Shown here piece by piece: positions 60,209 to 64,000 of a stretch of DNA of 64,000 nt (its first letter is position 1; every line of letters begins with the position of its first letter). A model generated the notes under the pieces. That model had not been told where the DNA came from and ran no database searches. It worked only from the letters and a program-made list of their open reading frames with translations. The stretch covers positions 75,467-139,466 of the forward strand of contig CAYPPX010000003.1 in NCBI GenBank assembly GCA_964412775.1, in the 5' to 3' direction. The position numbers and the translations under genes were made by a program. Source of the stretch: an uncultured Pseudomonadales bacterium (lineage in GTDB: Bacteria; Patescibacteriota; Microgenomatia; UBA1400; PJMF01).

Positions 60209-60280
60209 TCCCGGGTAGTGAAGTGGCATCACCACAGGTTCTGACCCTGTTATCCTAGGTTCGAATCCTAGCCCGGGATC
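60209..60280 (+). tRNA. tRNA-Gln (anticodon CUG)
   Basis: Hand-folded cloverleaf: 7-bp acceptor stem (TCCCGGG/CCCGGGA with U1-A72, as in bacterial tRNA-Gln), 4-bp D stem, 5-bp anticodon stem. Loop TTCTGAC has U33 and A37. T-arm CTAGG-TTCGAAT-CCTAG. CCA is not encoded. Confidence 0.8.
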
Positions 60281-60391
60281 AAAAAAATAATTAGCCAAAC
60301 TTGGTTAATACATCTAATGATAATTAAATTTTCCAGCAAGAAAAACCTCGAATTATAACCTAAACTCATTTTTATTAAAAATAAAAAACAA

Positions 60392-60429
60392 CCTATAATA
60401 TATACTTATTAGACTAAATATGCTATAAT
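60392..60429 (+). promoter_or_regulatory. Candidate sigma70-type promoter (extended -10 TGCTATAAT) for the downstream lipoprotein gene
   Basis: TGnTATAAT at 60421..60429, with an additional TATAAT at 60394..60399 in AT-rich DNA. Confidence 0.35.
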
Positions 60430-60512
60430 TAAGGGTTATTTCTTCTCTGGAAGAATGAAACATTTTTCATTTATTTCGCAGAAAAATAATAGCACCTTAA
60501 CACGCAGTATCT

Positions 60513-60562
60513 TTGCGACACCAATCATTGTTTATTTTTTTGAGCAATGACTGGTGTCGCAA
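60513..60562 (+). promoter_or_regulatory. 18-bp imperfect inverted repeat (TTGCGACACCAATCATTG-N14-CAATGACTGGTGTCGCAA) in the 5' leader of the lipoprotein gene
   Basis: One mismatch in 18 bp. Ends 17 nt before the ATG. No U-tract follows, so it is not a terminator. Confidence 0.45.
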
Positions 60563-60578
60563 CCAATTGGTGATAACT

Positions 60579-61646
60579 ATGAAAAGACTCATACCAGTGA
60601 TTATCACTATTGCTATCCTCATAGCCGCCTGTGGTGGCAGTGACGGTGAGCAAGAAAATATCACTCAAGTAAGAGAATGTACACAAACCATCGTGTACGC
60701 AGTTTCTGACTCAGCAAACAATCTGGTTCAGAAATATGTAAGTCCAGAGCTTCATTCCCGCTGGGCCTGGAACTATGAAGAACAAAACTGGCAGTGGGAA
60801 AAGGTGAATGTTGAAGATTGGGATGCTTTTTTTGATCCCATCAATGCTGATATCGCTGAGGCTGAAGCGATGTTGGGCAAAATTTACGTAGATAACGAAC
60901 TAATTGATGGGCCGTATTTCTACAATGCCGACTATGGCTACTATTCTGGATACGACTCATTCGCAGAAACTACCTGTCCAGACTCTGACAGCCCGAACGT
61001 AGACTTAAGCAAGAACAACTACGACGATATCAAATGGACAGAACTCTATGTTCAGTATCCACGACAAAACTGTGAAGAAGTAGTTGACGACTACTGCACC
61101 AACATCACAAAAACAAGTACGGTAACCTACGTCAAGGTTACAACCCCAGGTGGTAGCCAAGTAAGTTATAGCTACCCCACACCTTGGATTGACCAGATTG
61201 TTTGGGCCGCCTTTGCTAATGGCCCTGCATTCGAATTTAATCCTGAATTCACCGACCCAAAGACTACCCTTGATGAGGAAGCCTATGCAACAGCCCTCCT
61301 CGACAGCTTGACCACTGATGCCTACCGAGAAGTAGCACAAGTCAACCTCAATTTTGCAGATTTTGAGGGACGTCAAGAAATCAAGGGAGTAATCATGCGC
61401 GCTCTAGAAGTTGCCGCAGTCGAAGAAGGCAAGCCTGCCTTCATGACAATTAAAGGCATGATGAGCAGTGGACAAACCTCCGTTGCTCATATTTCAGCCA
61501 CACGCAATGATATTCGTATCAGTGGCTGGATGTTTCTGGGTATGGGTGGTCTATCTGGTTCTGGTGGTGGTGGACAGTTGGAAATGGACTACTCCTCTAC
61601 CTTTGAGGATGTCGTCCGCGGGTCAATCTACATCATTGCCCCGTAA
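60579..61646 (+). CDS. Secreted lipoprotein, compositionally foreign (GC about 48 %); start trimmed to MKRLIPV
   Basis: Signal peptide with lipobox IAAC, Gly/Ser-rich C-terminus. GC is markedly above that of its flanks. Confidence 0.6.
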   Translation: MKRLIPVIITIAILIAACGGSDGEQENITQVRECTQTIVYAVSDSANNLVQKYVSPELHSRWAWNYEEQNWQWEKVNVEDWDAFFDPINADIAEAEAMLGKIYVDNELIDGPYFYNADYGYYSGYDSFAETTCPDSDSPNVDLSKNNYDDIKWTELYVQYPRQNCEEVVDDYCTNITKTSTVTYVKVTTPGGSQVSYSYPTPWIDQIVWAAFANGPAFEFNPEFTDPKTTLDEEAYATALLDSLTTDAYREVAQVNLNFADFEGRQEIKGVIMRALEVAAVEEGKPAFMTIKGMMSSGQTSVAHISATRNDIRISGWMFLGMGGLSGSGGGGQLEMDYSSTFEDVVRGSIYIIAP

Positions 61647-61664
61647 TAGCGTGTTAAGTTAACC

Positions 61665-61705
61665 AAAACCCCTCGAGTATCTTGCGACACTCTCGAGGGG
61701 TTTTT
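61665..61705. terminator. Bidirectional rho-independent terminator
   Basis: AAAA-CCCCTCGAG-N14-CTCGAGGGG-TTTTT, a perfect 9-bp GC-rich stem flanked by A and T runs between convergent genes. Confidence 0.85.
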
Positions 61706-61723
61706 ATACTCAAATAGCTAACA

Positions 61724-62440
61724 TCATTCTTCTAGAAACTCAAAAAAATCGACAGCTAAATTTTCAGAATAACCAAACTTTCTCAACTGCCTTTTTAAAA
61801 TTGGCATAACCTCTGGTGAACATAAAATATTTATTAACTGCTGATCATTTAAACTTAAACTAGGAATTGTAGGAGCCCCATCATATACATTAGATCCGGG
61901 ATCAATAACAAAAATACACCCTAATGGTAAAAATTTATCCTTAATATTAATATAATCTCTAATACTGACTCCTATAGACTCTTTATCAGTTACAGAAATA
62001 TGTCCTGACATATCATAGCTAGTTCTACCCAAGCCTTGCTCTTGTGAAGAAACAAGTTGTCCAGATTTTAAAATTTCTATAACGTGTAATAGTGATGTTC
62101 CATGAAATTTAATCCTTTTATCAATTTTTCTTACATCAACCAAAAACTCCGTAACTAATCTTTTCCGATAATCAACATCTCCTCTTACTTCTTTTCTTAA
62201 AAGTATTTTTTCTGCTTCTAACAAATATCTTAATTGAGCCAATTTAGCAACATCACTTTTGGCATTTTCTATTCCTTGTTGAAGAACATAATTAAATCTA
62301 GAACCTTGTTCTGATTCTAATTCTTGAAGCCTTCTTTCTGCCTCTGCAAGGTTATCTATAGCAGATTTCAATAAACGTTCATTCCTAGATTTTCTTGCAT
62401 TAAAACCTTCTGGTAAATTTAAAATTTCAACCATAACCAC
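61724..62440 (-). CDS. Hypothetical protein with N-terminal coiled-coil and C-terminal KptA/Tpt1-like (ADP-ribosyltransferase-fold) NAD-binding lobe motif
   Basis: FHGTSLLHVIEILKSGQL...GHISVTD aligns with the KptA [30 protein letters not shown] region (HGT[AS] plus [DE]EILKxG box). Confidence 0.35.
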   Translation of the reverse strand: MVMVEILNLPEGFNARKSRNERLLKSAIDNLAEAERRLQELESEQGSRFNYVLQQGIENAKSDVAKLAQLRYLLEAEKILLRKEVRGDVDYRKRLVTEFLVDVRKIDKRIKFHGTSLLHVIEILKSGQLVSSQEQGLGRTSYDMSGHISVTDKESIGVSIRDYINIKDKFLPLGCIFVIDPGSNVYDGAPTIPSLSLNDQQLINILCSPEVMPILKRQLRKFGYSENLAVDFFEFLEE

Positions 62441-62492
62441 CTAAGTATAGATAGTTTATTGAACTTAAAACAATATTTAAAAATAAAATTTG

Positions 62493-62954
62493 TTATTTTT
62501 TTAAATCAAAAATTGATCTTAAATCATCTAACCATTTGGGCTTCTCATCCATCGAAGCTATTCTTGCTGCACCTATTTTTATCAGTAATGTCATTATGGC
62601 CACAGCCAATAGGTCATAGTGATCTTTACCCACATCCTCATCTGCTTCTACAATTGCTGTTCCCCCAAAACCAATAGTTTTAGTTTTTAATTTTTTTTCT
62701 TTGATTAGTTTAATTAACTCTTTGGCATCTTGATTATGTTCACCAGCTATTCTTCCTTTTTTACGTTTTAAACTGCCATCTAAAATAGCAATATCATAAA
62801 CTCCAGTCATCAATAACTTAGCAGCTTGCTCAAAAGAAGTAGTAATACTCAAAGTTGCCCCAATTTCTGTAACTACATCTTTAACTGCTCCATGCCAATC
62901 TAGATTATCTTCAGCTAATAAAATCTTAATTTGGTTTAACTCTTGGTTAGACAT
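62493..62954 (-). CDS. Stand-alone receiver (REC) domain protein, paralog 1 of 3
   Basis: KILLAEDN acidic pair, DIAILDG phospho-acceptor Asp position, TIGFGG, and K near the C-terminus. Confidence 0.5.
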   Translation of the reverse strand: MSNQELNQIKILLAEDNLDWHGAVKDVVTEIGATLSITTSFEQAAKLLMTGVYDIAILDGSLKRKKGRIAGEHNQDAKELIKLIKEKKLKTKTIGFGGTAIVEADEDVGKDHYDLLAVAIMTLLIKIGAARIASMDEKPKWLDDLRSIFDLKK

Positions 62955-62955
62955 A

Positions 62956-63378
62956 CTAAACTTCTTCCCCAGCCATCAAAGCTAAAATTGCTGGAGCTAA
63001 ATCTTGGTAACGCCATTTTGGAATATCTTTATCAACATATTCACCCAATCTACTTTGGGCATCACCAGAAAAAGCAACTGTTTTTATTTTATTTAGCCTG
63101 GGATTTTTAATTTGCTCTCTAAGCAACAAAATTAAAATAGCTAAAGAATCAGGTCCCCCCGGTTGATAACTTTCATCCAAACTCCCGCCTAAAATAATCA
63201 AATCAATTTTTAATTCTTCAATTTTAGACATTATTTCTATAGCTGATTCCAAAGTTGTGGCTGTCTTAACTAAAACACCACCAATTTCATCAATCATTTT
63301 ACTTAACTCAGTAATCCAATCTTGGTTATCTTCAGCTAAAAACACTCTAAATTTTTCTCGACTAGTGTTATCTATCAT
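62956..63378 (-). CDS. Stand-alone receiver-like domain protein, paralog 2 of 3 (canonical Asp replaced by Gly: LIILGGSLDE)
   Basis: FRVFLAEDN and TVAFSG conserved, but the phospho-acceptor position aligns to Gly. Confidence 0.45.
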   Translation of the reverse strand: MIDNTSREKFRVFLAEDNQDWITELSKMIDEIGGVLVKTATTLESAIEIMSKIEELKIDLIILGGSLDESYQPGGPDSLAILILLLREQIKNPRLNKIKTVAFSGDAQSRLGEYVDKDIPKWRYQDLAPAILALMAGEEV

Positions 63379-63379
63379 A

Positions 63380-63796
63380 TTAGGTTTGTTGTTGAACTAA
63401 TTTTAAAATTGTTGGTTTAAGCTCTTCTGACTGAACCTTATCAACAACTGCATCAGCCCCTGCATTTTTAAATCCTTGAACATATGAAGAAAAACCAATT
63501 ACTTTAATTTCAGGAAATAACTCTTTAATTTTTTTCAATAAAGCCAAACCTTCTAGACCATCATGCTTATCTGGAGTAATATTGCCATCAAGAATAGCAA
63601 TATCTACTTTAAGTTCTGCTAATTTTGCTACTAATTGCATAGCAGCCTCAAAATCAGCAACAATCGGTACAACTAATTCTGCCTCTAAACTTTTAACAAC
63701 GCTTTTAATTAGTCTTTGCCAGGTTTGAACATCATCCTCAACCGCAAAAATTCTAATTGGTCTTTTTTCTACCATCTTAGATGAGTATTTTATCAC
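63380..63796 (-). CDS. Stand-alone receiver (REC) domain protein, paralog 3 of 3
   Basis: IRIFAVEDD, DIAILDGNI, VIGFSS, DAVVDK. All canonical CheY-like positions are present. Confidence 0.55.
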   Translation of the reverse strand: MIKYSSKMVEKRPIRIFAVEDDVQTWQRLIKSVVKSLEAELVVPIVADFEAAMQLVAKLAELKVDIAILDGNITPDKHDGLEGLALLKKIKELFPEIKVIGFSSYVQGFKNAGADAVVDKVQSEELKPTILKLVQQQT

Positions 63797-64000
63797 AAAT
63801 AGGTCAATAAGTATAAAAATATAAAATAAAATATCACTAAAAATATTTCAATAAATCATTTTTAAAAAAAATTATTAATGCTAACTACAACCAATTTTTT
63901 ATTGACTAGTTTTATGTTAAAGTAACCCCATGCCTGATAAATATTCCGCAGTCTGGGTTTCCCATTCATCTATTTCTGACTTTCAACAGTGCCCCAGAGC

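Noticed and set aside
1-64000. CRISPR arrays, transposases, integrases, prophage genes
   Set aside because: No short direct-repeat/spacer periodicity and no DDE, tyrosine or serine recombinase motif was seen in any frame. The tRNA-Gln-adjacent islet has no recognisable integrase.
63900-64000. GC-richer segment at the window edge after a TTGACT-containing AT-rich region (possible start of a structured RNA or new gene)
   Set aside because: Truncated by the window end. No match to tRNA, tmRNA, RNase P or SRP RNA starts that I could recognise by eye.

Overview
This 64 kb window is low GC (about 20-40 %) with codon usage typical of a small-genome bacterium, possibly Patescibacteria/CPR-like. That taxonomic guess is inferred from composition and gene content only. 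Almost the whole window is one very large surface-glycosylation locus. It holds at least 12 paralogous GT-C (PMT/ArnT/COG1807-like) polytopic membrane glycosyltransferases and 3 YfhO-like large membrane-protein paralogs. It has three or more polyprenol-phosphate-sugar synthase-type GT2 enzymes; one of them is fused to a GtrA-like domain. About 12 soluble GT2/GT4 glycosyltransferases are present. There are two Wzx-like flippases, one of them fused to a GT-A domain, and an LCP (LytR-CpsA-Psr) ligase. Nucleotide-sugar pathway genes are gmd, fcl, an Rmd-like reductase, rmlB, rmlD, ugd, a UDP-GlcA 4-epimerase-like gene and a GalE-like gene. The housekeeping genes argS and trmD are embedded in the locus. 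A run of about 21 tightly coupled minus-strand genes (1..23819) is headed by argS. Other content: two GC-rich, compositionally foreign lipoprotein genes, one directly downstream of a tRNA-Gln(CUG); an LPETG-containing Cys-rich surface protein with an (A/S)PTT tandem repeat; a sensor-less histidine kinase with an OmpR-type regulator; a 4-gene operon of small acidic proteins; a KptA/Tpt1-like protein; and three tandem stand-alone receiver-domain proteins. No transposase, integrase or CRISPR array was recognised. All functional calls come from motif-level reading of the translated ORFs; no database search was run.
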